DNA of 64,000 bases from Promethearchaeota archaeon (GCA_016839705.1 JAEOTR010000025.1:18416-82415); one strand, 5' to 3'; shown: positions 19,903 to 30,763, counted from the first letter of the stretch. The notes: generated from the sequence alone by a model not told the origin. Numbers and translations are program-made.

Positions 19903-21090
19903 ATGGTTAGACCACTAGAAGGAATTAAAGTTTTAGATTTGTCAAGAGCACTAGCTGGACCTTACTGTACCATGATGTTAGCAGATATGGGCGCGGATGT
20001 AATAAAGTTAGAAATGCCTGGGAGAGGAGATGACTCTAGAGCTTGGGGACCACCTTTTGTTGATGGTGAAAGTGCTTATTTTATGAGTGTTAACCGTAAT
20101 AAGAAATCTATGACCTTGAACTTGAAAAAAGAGAAAGCTATGGAGATAATTCATAAATTAATTAAACAATCTGATGTTTTACTAGAAAATTTTCGTCCAG
20201 GCACAATGGAAAAGTTGAAGTTAAGCTATGAGGAAGTCAAGAAAATAAACCCAAATATTATATTTTGTAGCATTTCTGGCTTTGGACAGGATGGTCCCTA
20301 TCGATTATTACCCGGTATGGATCAAGTATTACAAGGCATGGGAGGATTGATGAGTATCACAGGGGAACCTAATGGGCCCCCCATGAAGGTTGGAGTAGCT
20401 GTTGCTGATATTGCTGGTGGAATGTTCGCTGCATATGGTATTCTAGTGGCTCTATTTAATAGGGAAAAAAAAGATGAAGGACAATCAATAGATCTAAGTT
20501 TATTAGATTGTCAAATTGCTTGGTTAACTTATCGAGCGGGCTCATATTTTGCTTCCGGAGAGATTCCTAAACCGTTAGGCTCCGGTCATCCTGTGATTGT
20601 ACCTTATCAAGCATTTAAAGCGAAAGATGGTTATGTTAATATTGCAGCTGGTAATGACCAGTTATGGCAAAAATTTTGTAAAGCAGCTGGATTGGAAAAT
20701 ATAATGAATAAAAAAAGCTTTGCTACTAATGAAGTACGGGTTGAAAATAGAGAAGAATTAATAGAAATTATAGGAAAAGTGATAAGTACCAAGGATTCTG
20801 AAGAATGGCTCAAAATTTTAACTGATGCGGGTGTTCCTTGTGGACCAATCTTTAATATGGAAAAGATTTTTAGTGATCCTCAAGTACTACATAGGGAAAT
20901 GGTAAAAGAACTTGATCATAAAACAGCAGGAAAGGTAAAGGTAACTGGTATACCAATCAAATTATCGAAAACCCCTGGTGAATTATTAACAGCACCTCCC
21001 GTTTTAGGACAGCATACAATTGAAATCCTCTCGGACTTAGGATATAATGAAGATGCAATTAAGGAATATTATCAAGATAACGTTATTTAA
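19903..21090 (+). CDS. Family III (CaiB/BaiF) CoA-transferase
   Basis: LEGIKVLDLSRALAGP, GADVIK, NRNKKS, ENFRPG, GFGQDGP; likely start MVRPLEG 8 nt after the kat stop. Confidence 0.9.
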   Translation: MVRPLEGIKVLDLSRALAGPYCTMMLADMGADVIKLEMPGRGDDSRAWGPPFVDGESAYFMSVNRNKKSMTLNLKKEKAMEIIHKLIKQSDVLLENFRPGTMEKLKLSYEEVKKINPNIIFCSISGFGQDGPYRLLPGMDQVLQGMGGLMSITGEPNGPPMKVGVAVADIAGGMFAAYGILVALFNREKKDEGQSIDLSLLDCQIAWLTYRAGSYFASGEIPKPLGSGHPVIVPYQAFKAKDGYVNIAAGNDQLWQKFCKAAGLENIMNKKSFATNEVRVENREELIEIIGKVISTKDSEEWLKILTDAGVPCGPIFNMEKIFSDPQVLHREMVKELDHKTAGKVKVTGIPIKLSKTPGELLTAPPVLGQHTIEILSDLGYNEDAIKEYYQDNVI

Positions 21091-21128
21091 TTTATTCGAG
21101 TTTTAAAAAACCACAAGGATGAAATATT

Positions 21129-21953
21129 ATGGAAAAACTTATTATTACAGCTGCTATTTGCGGAGCAGAAGTTACTAAAGAACATAATAATAATGTACCT
21201 TATACTGTAGATGAAATCGGACGAGAGGCAGAAGCTGCATATAATGCAGGTGCGAGTATAATCCATCTACATGTGAGAGAAGATGATGGAACACCAACTC
21301 AAAATAAGGAGAGATTTAGAAAGTGTATTGAAGAAGTGAAAAAAAGGTGCCCAGATGTTATTATTCAACCCTCTACAGGGGGAGCAATTGGTATGACAAA
21401 TGAGGATAGATTGCAGCCTATTTACTTAGAACCTCCTCCTGAAATGGCAACCTTAGATTGTGGAACCATGAATTTCGGAGGAGATGAAATCTTCGTAAAC
21501 ACTGAAAATACAATTATTTTTTTCGCAGAAGAAATGAACAAGAGAAATATTAAATATGAGCTAGAATGTTTTGATAAGGGAATGATTGATATGGTCTTAC
21601 GATTAAACAAAAAAGGACATATTAAAGAGCCAATGCATTTCAATTTTGTACTTGGGGTGATTGGAGGAATAAGTGCTTCACCCCGAGATTTAAATTTTCT
21701 TATAGGAAGTATACCAGAAGGTTCTACCTATACAGTGTGCGCAGTTGGGAGACATGAATTTCCGATGGTATCATTATCTATTGAAAAAGGAGGTCACGCT
21801 AGAGTAGGCTTTGAAGATAACATATATCTCGCTAAAGAGGTATTAGCAAAATCAAATGGAGAATTAGTAGAAAAAGTTGTGAGGATTGCAAACAAATTCG
21901 GAAGAGTTATTGCTTCTCCAAATGAAGCACGTAAGATCCTAAGTATATTATAA
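21129..21953 (+). CDS. kce: 3-keto-5-aminohexanoate cleavage enzyme
   Basis: LIITAAICGAE, IIHLHVR, QPSTGG, GTMNFG, RVGFEDN; lysine-pathway context. Confidence 0.92.
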   Translation: MEKLIITAAICGAEVTKEHNNNVPYTVDEIGREAEAAYNAGASIIHLHVREDDGTPTQNKERFRKCIEEVKKRCPDVIIQPSTGGAIGMTNEDRLQPIYLEPPPEMATLDCGTMNFGGDEIFVNTENTIIFFAEEMNKRNIKYELECFDKGMIDMVLRLNKKGHIKEPMHFNFVLGVIGGISASPRDLNFLIGSIPEGSTYTVCAVGRHEFPMVSLSIEKGGHARVGFEDNIYLAKEVLAKSNGELVEKVVRIANKFGRVIASPNEARKILSIL

Positions 21954-21983
21954 TTAAACTAACCATAAAAATAAAGGGTAGGT

Positions 21984-22691
21984 ATGTATAAAGAATTAGC
22001 TAAATATTATGATTTGATTTATTCTTGGAAGGATTATAAAAAGGAAACTGTTAAGATTAATAAATTAATTAAAAAATATAAGAATTCGGATGGAAATAAA
22101 CTTCTAGATGTAGCATGTGGAACAGGAAAACACCTAAAATATTTTAAAAAAAACTTCTCATGTTCAGGTATTGATTTAAATGAAGAAGTGATAGATATTG
22201 CTAAGACTAATGTAAGGGATGTGTCATTTAACCAGGCAGATATGATAAATTTCAATTTGAATGATACTGTTGATATAATAATCTGTCTATTTAGCTCAAT
22301 CGGATATGTTAAAACCTATGATAACTTAGAAAAAACGATTAGGAACTTCGCAGATCATTTAAAAACTGGTGGAATAGCAATTATAGAACCTTGGTTTACT
22401 AAATCTACATATACGGTAGGCTATCCCGGGATGACAACTTATAATGGAGAAGATATTAAAATTGCGAGATTAAACACAACAAAATTAGAAAATAATCTTT
22501 CAGTTATGGAGATGCATTATTTAATCGTCGAAAGAGATAAAGATGTTAAATATTTTGTTGATAGGCATGAAGTAGGACTTTTTGAAATCGATAAATTTTT
22601 AGAAATCATGAACAATTCTGGATTTAAAGCAGAATTTTTAAAAGATGGATTAATGAAAGATAGAGGTTTGTACATCGGTATAAAATCTTAA
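21984..22691 (+). CDS. Class I SAM-dependent methyltransferase (TylM1/DesVI-like N-methyltransferase pattern)
   Basis: YDLIY..KDY, LLDVACGTGKH, CLFSSIGY, EPW. Confidence 0.85.
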   Translation: MYKELAKYYDLIYSWKDYKKETVKINKLIKKYKNSDGNKLLDVACGTGKHLKYFKKNFSCSGIDLNEEVIDIAKTNVRDVSFNQADMINFNLNDTVDIIICLFSSIGYVKTYDNLEKTIRNFADHLKTGGIAIIEPWFTKSTYTVGYPGMTTYNGEDIKIARLNTTKLENNLSVMEMHYLIVERDKDVKYFVDRHEVGLFEIDKFLEIMNNSGFKAEFLKDGLMKDRGLYIGIKS

Positions 22692-22715
22692 AAATTATTA
22701 AAAGTGGAGATTATA

Positions 22716-23759
22716 ATGAAAAAAGGAAATAGATATGGTACACATAGAGTTATTGAGCCTGTAGGAACACTTCCACAACCTGCCATAAAAATATCAAATG
22801 ACATGGAAATATTCGATAATGAAATTTTAATAGATGTGGATTATTTGAATATTGATTCAGCGAGTTTCATGCAGCTCAAAGAAGAGGCGAAAGGAGATAT
22901 CGAAAAGGTAAAAGCAAAAATAATAGAAATTGTAAATAATAGAGGTAAAATGCAAAATCCTGTTACTGGCTCTGGTGGAATGCTTATAGGAAATGTAGAG
23001 AAAGTAGGTGATTCAATAAAAGGAAAGGTCAAGATAAAGGAAGGAGACAAGATTGCTACATTAGTTTCATTATCACTCACACCCCTTCGAATTGATAAAA
23101 TTATTGACATAAAACCTGACATCGATAGGGTCGAAATTGAAGGGAAGGCAATTCTTTTTGAAAGTGGAATATATACTAAACTTCCAGATGATATGGATTC
23201 TACTTTGGCATTAGCTGCGTTAGATGTAGCAGGCGCCCCAGCTCAGGTTAAACATTTAGTGAAAACTGGTGATACTGTGTTGATTTTAGGTGCAACAGGT
23301 AAATCTGGATTAATGTGTTCCTATATTGCTAAAAAACTTGCTGGTGATAAAGGAAAAGTTATTGGTCAAGCAAGGAATGAAACTCGAGCAGAATTTCTTA
23401 GAAACACAGACTTTTGTGACGAAATTATTATTGCTGATGTATTAAAACCTACAGACGTGTTAGAAAAAACACTAGAAAGTAATAACGGAAAAGAAGTAGA
23501 TCTTACCATCAATTGTTTAAGCATACCAAATACAGAGATGTCGAGTATTCTTCCAGTTCGAGATGGGGGAATAGTATATTTTTTCTCGATGGCGACTAGC
23601 TTTACTAAAGCCGCTTTAGGAGCTGAGGGTGTAGGAAAAGACGTAACAATGATTATCGGTAATGGTTATACAAAAAATCACGATCAAATAGCGTTAAATG
23701 TCCTAAGGGAATCTAAGGTTTTAAGAAAAATATTCGAAGAAAAATATACAAAGAAATAA
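22716..23759 (+). CDS. kdd: L-erythro-3,5-diaminohexanoate dehydrogenase
   Basis: GNRYGTHRVIEP, LNIDSASF, GKMQNPVTGSGGML, LDVAGAP, FFSMATSF. Confidence 0.95.
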   Translation: MKKGNRYGTHRVIEPVGTLPQPAIKISNDMEIFDNEILIDVDYLNIDSASFMQLKEEAKGDIEKVKAKIIEIVNNRGKMQNPVTGSGGMLIGNVEKVGDSIKGKVKIKEGDKIATLVSLSLTPLRIDKIIDIKPDIDRVEIEGKAILFESGIYTKLPDDMDSTLALAALDVAGAPAQVKHLVKTGDTVLILGATGKSGLMCSYIAKKLAGDKGKVIGQARNETRAEFLRNTDFCDEIIIADVLKPTDVLEKTLESNNGKEVDLTINCLSIPNTEMSSILPVRDGGIVYFFSMATSFTKAALGAEGVGKDVTMIIGNGYTKNHDQIALNVLRESKVLRKIFEEKYTKK

Positions 23760-23851
23760 TGAACTAATTTAATTCTTCTAATTAAACAATATTTTTAGCT
23801 TTTGAAACATTACTAATTATTAGATTAAAATACACTTGTAGGTTTGTTGTT

Positions 23852-25090
23852 ATGAAAGTTAATAGACGTAAAGATTTATTTTCTCATATAAGCGATGAGG
23901 AATGGAATGATTGGCGTTGGCAAGTTAAAAATAGAATAACCACGTTTGAAGAGTTAAGAAAATATCTTAAATTAACTGAGGAAGAAGATGATCCTCGTTT
24001 ATTGAAAGAATACCGCATGGCAATTACACCCTATTATTTAACTTTAATTGACCCAGATGATCCTTATGATCCTGTCAGAAAACAAGCAATTCCAACCGTT
24101 CATGAATTAGAAAGATACACTGGGGACCTTGAAGATCCTTTAAGCGAGGATGTTGATTCCCCTGTTGAGGGATTAACCCATCGTTATCCAGATAGAGTAT
24201 TGTTTTTAGTTACTGAAGTTTGTTCAATGTATTGTCGACACTGTACTAGAAGAAGATTCGCAGGTCATCATGATATGGCACCACCTCAACCACAAATTGA
24301 TGCTTGCATTGAGTATATCAGAAATACTCCTTCTATCAGAGATGTGCTCTTATCTGGTGGAGATGCATTATTAATCTCTGATAAGAACCTCGAAGATATT
24401 TTACAAAAATTAAAAGAAATACCGCATGTAGAAATAATCCGGATAGGTTCAAGAGCCCCTGTTACAAATCCATTCCGAATAACGCCAGAATTATGTAAAA
24501 TACTTAAAAATTATCAACCTATTTGGTTTAACACACATTTTAATCATGCGAATGAAATTACAGACGATTCAACAAAAGCATGTGAAATGCTAGCTGATGC
24601 GGGGATTCCGATGGGAAATCAATCTGTTCTTTTAAGAGGTGTCAATGATTGTATTCATGTAATGAAAAATTTAGTACAGGGATTAGTAAAAATTCGAGTT
24701 AGACCTTATTATCTTTATCAATGTGATCTTTCTATAGGACTAGGACATTTTAGAACCAGCGTTGCTCAAGGTATTGAAATTATTGAAGGGTTAAGAGGAC
24801 ATACGTCTGGGTTATGTGTACCGACATTTGTAGTTGATGCTCCTGGAGGTGGTGGTAAAATCCCCGTCATGCCAGATTATACAATTTCTCAAGGAAACAC
24901 TCGAGTTGTTTTGCGAAATTTTGAGGGAGTTATAACAACTTATGAGGAACCAAACGATTATATTCCAATTTGCCATTGCGAAGACTGTGAAAAACAAATT
25001 GGGGTTAGTGCTTTATTAAGTGGGCAAAAAATGACAATTGAACCTGAAGATATGGTCAGAAAATTAAGAAGGAAGAAACTGAGTAAATAA
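23852..25090 (+). CDS. kamA: Lysine 2,3-aminomutase
   Basis: [25 protein letters not shown] radical-SAM motif, [13 protein letters not shown] lysine, C-terminal CHCEDC. Confidence 0.97.
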   Translation: MKVNRRKDLFSHISDEEWNDWRWQVKNRITTFEELRKYLKLTEEEDDPRLLKEYRMAITPYYLTLIDPDDPYDPVRKQAIPTVHELERYTGDLEDPLSEDVDSPVEGLTHRYPDRVLFLVTEVCSMYCRHCTRRRFAGHHDMAPPQPQIDACIEYIRNTPSIRDVLLSGGDALLISDKNLEDILQKLKEIPHVEIIRIGSRAPVTNPFRITPELCKILKNYQPIWFNTHFNHANEITDDSTKACEMLADAGIPMGNQSVLLRGVNDCIHVMKNLVQGLVKIRVRPYYLYQCDLSIGLGHFRTSVAQGIEIIEGLRGHTSGLCVPTFVVDAPGGGGKIPVMPDYTISQGNTRVVLRNFEGVITTYEEPNDYIPICHCEDCEKQIGVSALLSGQKMTIEPEDMVRKLRRKKLSK

Positions 25091-25136
25091 TTTTTTGATA
25101 TCCCGAATTAAATGATTAAGCAAAAATCAAAAGATT

Positions 25137-25757
25137 TTATAGATCAATGACTATGAAGTCATTATCTCCAAGTAATTTTACTTCATTCCTGGTATTTTTA
25201 ATATATTTTTCAAGAAATTTCATGTGAGAGGATTCAGAGTAGTGAGCACAAATTTCGAAATTTACAATGCCTAATCCTGTAAAATCTCTCATTTCATCTT
25301 GAGTCATATATTTTTTACCACCAGGATAATTATCATTAAATAATTTAGCAATTTCTAATGTTGGTGTGAGTACATAAGCACCTGCGCTATAACCTGCCAA
25401 AATGAATCCCTCCTTTTTTGTAAACTCTGTAATAGAAGCATCTAATCTTGATTTGCGCAAGTTAATTAACAATTGAAATGGATCCCCCCCAGATATTATT
25501 AAAATATTAGAATTTTTGAGCTTTTCCTCTTCATTAGGTATATCTATAGCAGAATTATCAACATAATCAAGATTCACATTGAATTCATTTGCAAAACAAT
25601 CCCAATCATCAAAAAACTGTTGTGGAGTATTTGCTATCCCTTGTGAGGGCATAAAAAGTGGGTGTTTATTTTTCATAGATGTTGGGAATATTAAACTCAA
25701 AATTTCCTGAAAGTTTTCATTGTTATAAGGCGTCGAAAATAAAACAATTCTCTTCAT
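25137..25757 (-). CDS. Peptidase E / S51 (class I glutamine amidotransferase-like)
   Basis: ISGGDP, GYSAGA nucleophile elbow, GLGIV...HY. Confidence 0.8.
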   Translation of the reverse strand: MKRIVLFSTPYNNENFQEILSLIFPTSMKNKHPLFMPSQGIANTPQQFFDDWDCFANEFNVNLDYVDNSAIDIPNEEEKLKNSNILIISGGDPFQLLINLRKSRLDASITEFTKKEGFILAGYSAGAYVLTPTLEIAKLFNDNYPGGKKYMTQDEMRDFTGLGIVNFEICAHYSESSHMKFLEKYIKNTRNEVKLLGDNDFIVIDL

Positions 25758-25899
25758 TTTCTTGATAATCTCCTTAGTAAATTGCTAAGAAGAATAGTTT
25801 CCTTAAAAGCCTTTGGTAGCTGAATGTATCAAATAATTTATGATTAAGTTAAAATTTAAGGAAATAAGAATTATCATTATTAATTCAATTATTTCTTGC

Positions 25900-26940
25900 A
25901 TGAAAATGGACTTATTTATAGACTATTTCACTAAAATTGAGACACCAAAAGTAATCTCAATAATAGGTCTTGCAAAAAATGTTTCTAAAACAACGACTCT
26001 GAATTATATTATAAGAAATATCAATGAAAGTTATGTTCTAGGTCTCACTTCAATTGGGAGAGATGGTGAAAAGTATGATGTCATCACGGATTTACCAAAA
26101 CCCCAAATTTACATAAAGTATGGAACTTATGTAGTCACTGCTAGGCAGTGTTTTGAGGAGAGTAAAATAAAGTTCGAAGTTATTAAATCTACTGGGTTTA
26201 ATACACCCCTAGGAGAGATTCTGATCTTAAAGGCACAAGCAAATGGATATATTGAATTAGCAGGGCCTTCCATAAATAACCAATTAAAAAAAATCTGTAC
26301 AGATCTAAAAAACTTAGGTTGCGATCTTATACTATTGGATGGAGCATTTGATAGAAGATCCTATTCAACGCCTTTAATCTCAGATGCTACAATTATCTCG
26401 ACAGGAGCCTCTGTATCAAGAAATATGAAAGAAGTAATAGATTTAACGGTTCATACCATTAAATTACTAAATTTAGAGCAAGAATTGGATAAAAAAATTT
26501 TAAAATCCTCTGAAAAAATAATAGGAAAATTTAAAATAGGTACTATAAGTAAAACTAATTCAATTGAGATTTTAAAGGTCGCAACAGCGTTAGATTCAGC
26601 TCAATATATAATTGATAGTATAGATGAAGATTCAAATTACATTGTAATAAGTGGTGCTATTACAGATAAATTTTTGGAAGACTTAATGAGATCTACTCAA
26701 AAGTATAAGGGTCTCACCTTTTTAGTTAGTGATTCGACAAAATTGTTTTTAAGCGAGAAGATTTTGGAGAAATTCCAAAAGAAGGGAGGAATCATAAAAG
26801 TTTTAAATCCTATAAAAATTATCGCAGTGACAATAAATCCGACATCCCCAAATGGATATGAATTTGATAAAGATGTATTTTTAAAATCATTAGCTGAAGA
26901 ACTTAAGATCCCTGTCTATAACCTTGGAGTTAATGATTAA
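25900..26940 (+). CDS. kamB: KamB-like accessory protein of lysine 5,6-aminomutase
   Basis: SIIGLAKNVSKTTTLN, LTSIGRDGE, TPLG, DGAFDRR, TINPTSP; directly upstream of kamDE; start may lie anywhere from 25840 to 25906. Confidence 0.7.
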   Translation: MKMDLFIDYFTKIETPKVISIIGLAKNVSKTTTLNYIIRNINESYVLGLTSIGRDGEKYDVITDLPKPQIYIKYGTYVVTARQCFEESKIKFEVIKSTGFNTPLGEILILKAQANGYIELAGPSINNQLKKICTDLKNLGCDLILLDGAFDRRSYSTPLISDATIISTGASVSRNMKEVIDLTVHTIKLLNLEQELDKKILKSSEKIIGKFKIGTISKTNSIEILKVATALDSAQYIIDSIDEDSNYIVISGAITDKFLEDLMRSTQKYKGLTFLVSDSTKLFLSEKILEKFQKKGGIIKVLNPIKIIAVTINPTSPNGYEFDKDVFLKSLAEELKIPVYNLGVND

Positions 26941-26954
26941 ATAAATAAGATTAT

Positions 26955-28535
26955 GTGAAAATCATGATGGAAAAAGAAAGTAAGTTAAATTTAGATTTTT
27001 CAATTGTAATTAAAGCAAGAGAATCAGCAAAAAATATTGCATTAGATACTCAAAAATTCATAGATCAATACACCACTATTACAGTTGAAAGGACTGTATG
27101 TAGATTATTTGGTATTGACGGTGTAGATGAATTTGACGTTCCCTTGCCAAATGTTGTGGTTGATAGTATAAAAAACGACATAGCAATTGGCGCAGCAATC
27201 CATATTGGAAACGCTATATTGCATATCAACCTTACACCTCAAGAAATTGCTGAAAAAGTTAGTAGGAGCGAATTAGATTTACTTAGTTTACCATTAAAAG
27301 ACATTTCTGAGATTAAAACTAAAATTAATTCCATTGTTCAGGAAAAATTACGTCAAATTTCTCAAAATAAAAGCAAAAGAAATGAATTAATTAATAAGTA
27401 TGGAGAAAAGGATGGTCCCCTTATTTATGTTATTGTCGCAACAGGTAATATTTATGAAGACATTATCCAAGCTCAAGCAGCAGCGCGTCAAGGTGCAGAT
27501 GTAATCGCAGTAATTAGATCTACAGTACAAAGCTTACTTGATTATGTTCCTTATGGTGCTACAACTGAAGGTTTTGGAGGGACTTATGCGACTCAAGAGA
27601 ACTTTCGACTAATGAGAAAAGCATTGGATGAGGTTAGTGAAGAATTAGGACGATATATTAGACTGACCAATTACTGCTCTGGCTTATGTATGCCAGAAAT
27701 TGCTGTAATGGGTGCTTTTGAAAGACTAGATATGATGCTAAATGATGCTTTATACGGAATTTTATTCCGTGACATCAATATGAAGAGAACGATTGTTGAT
27801 CAATATTTTTCGAGAATGATAAATGCTTATGCAGGAATTATCATTAATACCGGTGAGGATAATTATTTAACCACGGCTGATGCATATGAATCGGCGCACA
27901 CTGTTATTGCTTCTGAATTTATTAATGAACAATTTGCCTTACTTGCAGGATTAAGAGAAGAACTTATGGGTCTAGGACACGCCTTTGAAATGAATCCCGA
28001 TTTGGAAAATGGCTTTTTATATGAACTTGCACAAGCTCAAATGGTAAGAGAAATTTTTCCGAACGCACCTCTTAAATACATGCCTCCGACGAAATATATG
28101 ACTGGAAATATCTTTAAGGGGCATATTCAAGACGCTTTATTTAATATAATTACAATCATGACTAACCAACGAATCCATCTCTTGGGCATGTTGACAGAGG
28201 CTATACACACTCCCTTTATAGCTGATAGAGCATTATCAATAGAAAATGCGAAATATATTTTTAATAACCTGAAATCCCTGAGTGAAGAAATTACGTTTAA
28301 GAAAGGCGGTTTAATAGAAAAACGAGCTAACGAAGTTCTTAATAGTGCTTATAATTTGCTAAAGCAAATTGAAAAACAGGGACTATTTACAACTATTGAA
28401 AAAGGCATTTTTGCGAATATTAAGAGATCCCCAGATGGTGGAAAAGGAGTGGAAGGAGTGATTCGAAAAAATAAGGACTATTATAATCCATTTATGGATA
28501 TTATGATTAATGAATTAAGAAAAGGAGGGAGTTAA
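26955..28535 (+). CDS. kamD: Lysine 5,6-aminomutase alpha subunit
   Basis: YVIVATGNIYED, GADVIAVIRST, NYCSGLCMPE, KYMPPTK. Confidence 0.96.
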   Translation: MKIMMEKESKLNLDFSIVIKARESAKNIALDTQKFIDQYTTITVERTVCRLFGIDGVDEFDVPLPNVVVDSIKNDIAIGAAIHIGNAILHINLTPQEIAEKVSRSELDLLSLPLKDISEIKTKINSIVQEKLRQISQNKSKRNELINKYGEKDGPLIYVIVATGNIYEDIIQAQAAARQGADVIAVIRSTVQSLLDYVPYGATTEGFGGTYATQENFRLMRKALDEVSEELGRYIRLTNYCSGLCMPEIAVMGAFERLDMMLNDALYGILFRDINMKRTIVDQYFSRMINAYAGIIINTGEDNYLTTADAYESAHTVIASEFINEQFALLAGLREELMGLGHAFEMNPDLENGFLYELAQAQMVREIFPNAPLKYMPPTKYMTGNIFKGHIQDALFNIITIMTNQRIHLLGMLTEAIHTPFIADRALSIENAKYIFNNLKSLSEEITFKKGGLIEKRANEVLNSAYNLLKQIEKQGLFTTIEKGIFANIKRSPDGGKGVEGVIRKNKDYYNPFMDIMINELRKGGS

Positions 28536-28536
28536 A

Positions 28537-29331
28537 ATGGGTGGCGGATTATATTCGACTGAAAAGAAGGATTTTGACGAAAAATTAGATTTGACAAGAA
28601 TTAAACCTTATGGGGATACTATGAATGATGGGAAAGTGCAAATAAGCTTCACACTACCTATTGAAGATAACGAAAAAGCAGTAGTAGCAGCTAAAGAGTT
28701 GGCAAATAAGATGGGATTAAAAGATCCCGAAGTAGCTTATCATACAGCTTTAGATAAGGGATTCACCTTCTTTGTAGTTTATGGAAAATCACTCCATTCA
28801 ATTGATTACACTAAAATTCAAATAGATGCAGTAGAAGTAGATGTCATGTCGAAAGAAGAGATAAATCATTATATTCAGGATAAAATTGGACGAAAATTAG
28901 TGATTCTTGGAGCTTCTACAGGCACAGATGCTCATACTGTAGGAATTGATGCAATTATGAATATGAAGGGTTTTGCAGGTCATTATGGTCTTGAACATTA
29001 TGAAATGATCGAAGCTATTAACCTTGGTAGTCAAGTAACGAATGAAGAATTTGTTAAAAAAGCTATAGAACTTAAAGCAGATGTTTTGCTTGTTTCACAA
29101 ACGGTTACCCAGAAAAATATACATTTAACTAACTTAACTCAATTAGTTGACCTTTTAGAAGCTGAAGGAATAAGAGAGCATATTATTTTAATTTGTGGTG
29201 GAGCTAGGATAGATAATGAATTAGCAAAAGAATTAGGATATGATGCTGGGTTTGGACCGGGTAGTTATGCTGAAATTGTCGCATCTTTTTTTATTAGAGA
29301 GTATGTAAGCAGAATGGAATTAAGCAAATAA
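28537..29331 (+). CDS. kamE: Lysine 5,6-aminomutase beta subunit (AdoCbl/PLP)
   Basis: KPYGDTMNDGKVQ, DAHTVGIDAI cobalamin motif, MNMKGFAG, VSQTVTQ. Confidence 0.96.
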   Translation: MGGGLYSTEKKDFDEKLDLTRIKPYGDTMNDGKVQISFTLPIEDNEKAVVAAKELANKMGLKDPEVAYHTALDKGFTFFVVYGKSLHSIDYTKIQIDAVEVDVMSKEEINHYIQDKIGRKLVILGASTGTDAHTVGIDAIMNMKGFAGHYGLEHYEMIEAINLGSQVTNEEFVKKAIELKADVLLVSQTVTQKNIHLTNLTQLVDLLEAEGIREHIILICGGARIDNELAKELGYDAGFGPGSYAEIVASFFIREYVSRMELSK

Positions 29332-29459
29332 TTTCATTTTTAAACATCTTTAAGAATCCCATTTTCTTCCCAAATTTAATAGGAAATCATCTAAGCTTTT
29401 AATCAATAAGGTCTTATATTTAAATAGCACTATAGCAAAAATAAAAAGTGTGAAATTAA

Positions 29460-30722
29460 ATGCCATCGTCAAAAGAATTTATTGAGATGGATGATAAGTA
29501 TTGCGCACATAATTATCATCCTATACCAGTTGTTATTTCGCGTGCAGAGGGTGTTTGGGTTTATGATCCAGAAGGTAAAAAGTATTTAGATTGTTTATCG
29601 GCATATTCAAGTCAGAATACGGGTCATTGTCACCCAGAAATCATCGCTGCTTTAACGGAACAAGCCAGTATTGTTACACTTACTTCACGAGCTTTTCATA
29701 ATGATAAAATGGGACCATTTTTGAAAATGTTAGCTGAAGTTGTAGGACCACATATTAATGATCCAACAAATTCAGGCATAATGTCTATTCCAATGAATAC
29801 CGGAACAGAAGCGGTCTCTACTGGTCTGAAAATGATAAGAGCTTGGGGGTATATTAAGAAAAAAATTCCCAAAAACGAAGCGGTCATAATTGTATGTAGA
29901 AATAATTTTCATGGTAGAACCATAACTATATCAGGTTTTAGTTCTGACATATCAGCAGTGAGGTATTACGGTAATTTTGGACCCTATACTCCCGGATTTA
30001 AAATAATTCCTTATGGAGATGCTGAAGAACTAGAGAATATTATTATAGATATTGGGCCGGAAAAAGTAGCAGCATTTCTATTTGAACCAATACAGGGGGA
30101 AGCGGGGGTAAACGTTCCTCCTGAAGGATATTTGAAAAAAGTGAGAGAAATTTGTACGAAATATAATGTTCTTATGGTTCTCGATGAAATTCAAACTGGA
30201 TTTTGCAGAACAGGGAAATTTTTTGCCTGCGATCATGAAAATGTGAAGCCTGATATGTTATTACTTGGAAAAGCGCTTGGAGGTGGCATATATCCTGTTT
30301 CAGCATGTGTTACAACTAAAGATATTATTGGTCCTGATGTAATAAAACCTGGTACTCATGGAAGCACCTTTGGTGGAAACCCTTTAGCATGTGCTGTCGC
30401 AATGAAATCAATTGACATTCATTTGCGAGAGAATCTCGCTGAACGAGCAACGGAAATGGGGGCCTACTTTATTAAGAGATTGAGGGAGATTGGTGAAAAA
30501 AGAACTACAATTCCAATAAAAGATATTAGAGGTAAAGGATTACTGATTGCTGTCGAATTCACTGAAGATATCAGGCATATTGTTGAAGAATTAAAAGACA
30601 ATGGCATTTTGGCAAAGGATACACATTCCACGACTATTCGATTTGCTCCACCTTTAGTAATTACACGAGAAGAAATTGATTGGGCTTTAGATATAATAGA
30701 AAAGGTAATTGTAAAACACTAA
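29460..30722 (+). CDS. rocD: Ornithine aminotransferase
   Basis: AHNYHPIPVV, DCLSAYS, TLTSRAF, PMNTG, EPIQGEAG, DEIQTG, GKALGGG, HGSTFGGNPL. Confidence 0.9.
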   Translation: MPSSKEFIEMDDKYCAHNYHPIPVVISRAEGVWVYDPEGKKYLDCLSAYSSQNTGHCHPEIIAALTEQASIVTLTSRAFHNDKMGPFLKMLAEVVGPHINDPTNSGIMSIPMNTGTEAVSTGLKMIRAWGYIKKKIPKNEAVIIVCRNNFHGRTITISGFSSDISAVRYYGNFGPYTPGFKIIPYGDAEELENIIIDIGPEKVAAFLFEPIQGEAGVNVPPEGYLKKVREICTKYNVLMVLDEIQTGFCRTGKFFACDHENVKPDMLLLGKALGGGIYPVSACVTTKDIIGPDVIKPGTHGSTFGGNPLACAVAMKSIDIHLRENLAERATEMGAYFIKRLREIGEKRTTIPIKDIRGKGLLIAVEFTEDIRHIVEELKDNGILAKDTHSTTIRFAPPLVITREEIDWALDIIEKVIVKH

Positions 30723-30763
30723 ATGAATTTATACTATATATCATTCCGTATTTAAAAATAATC

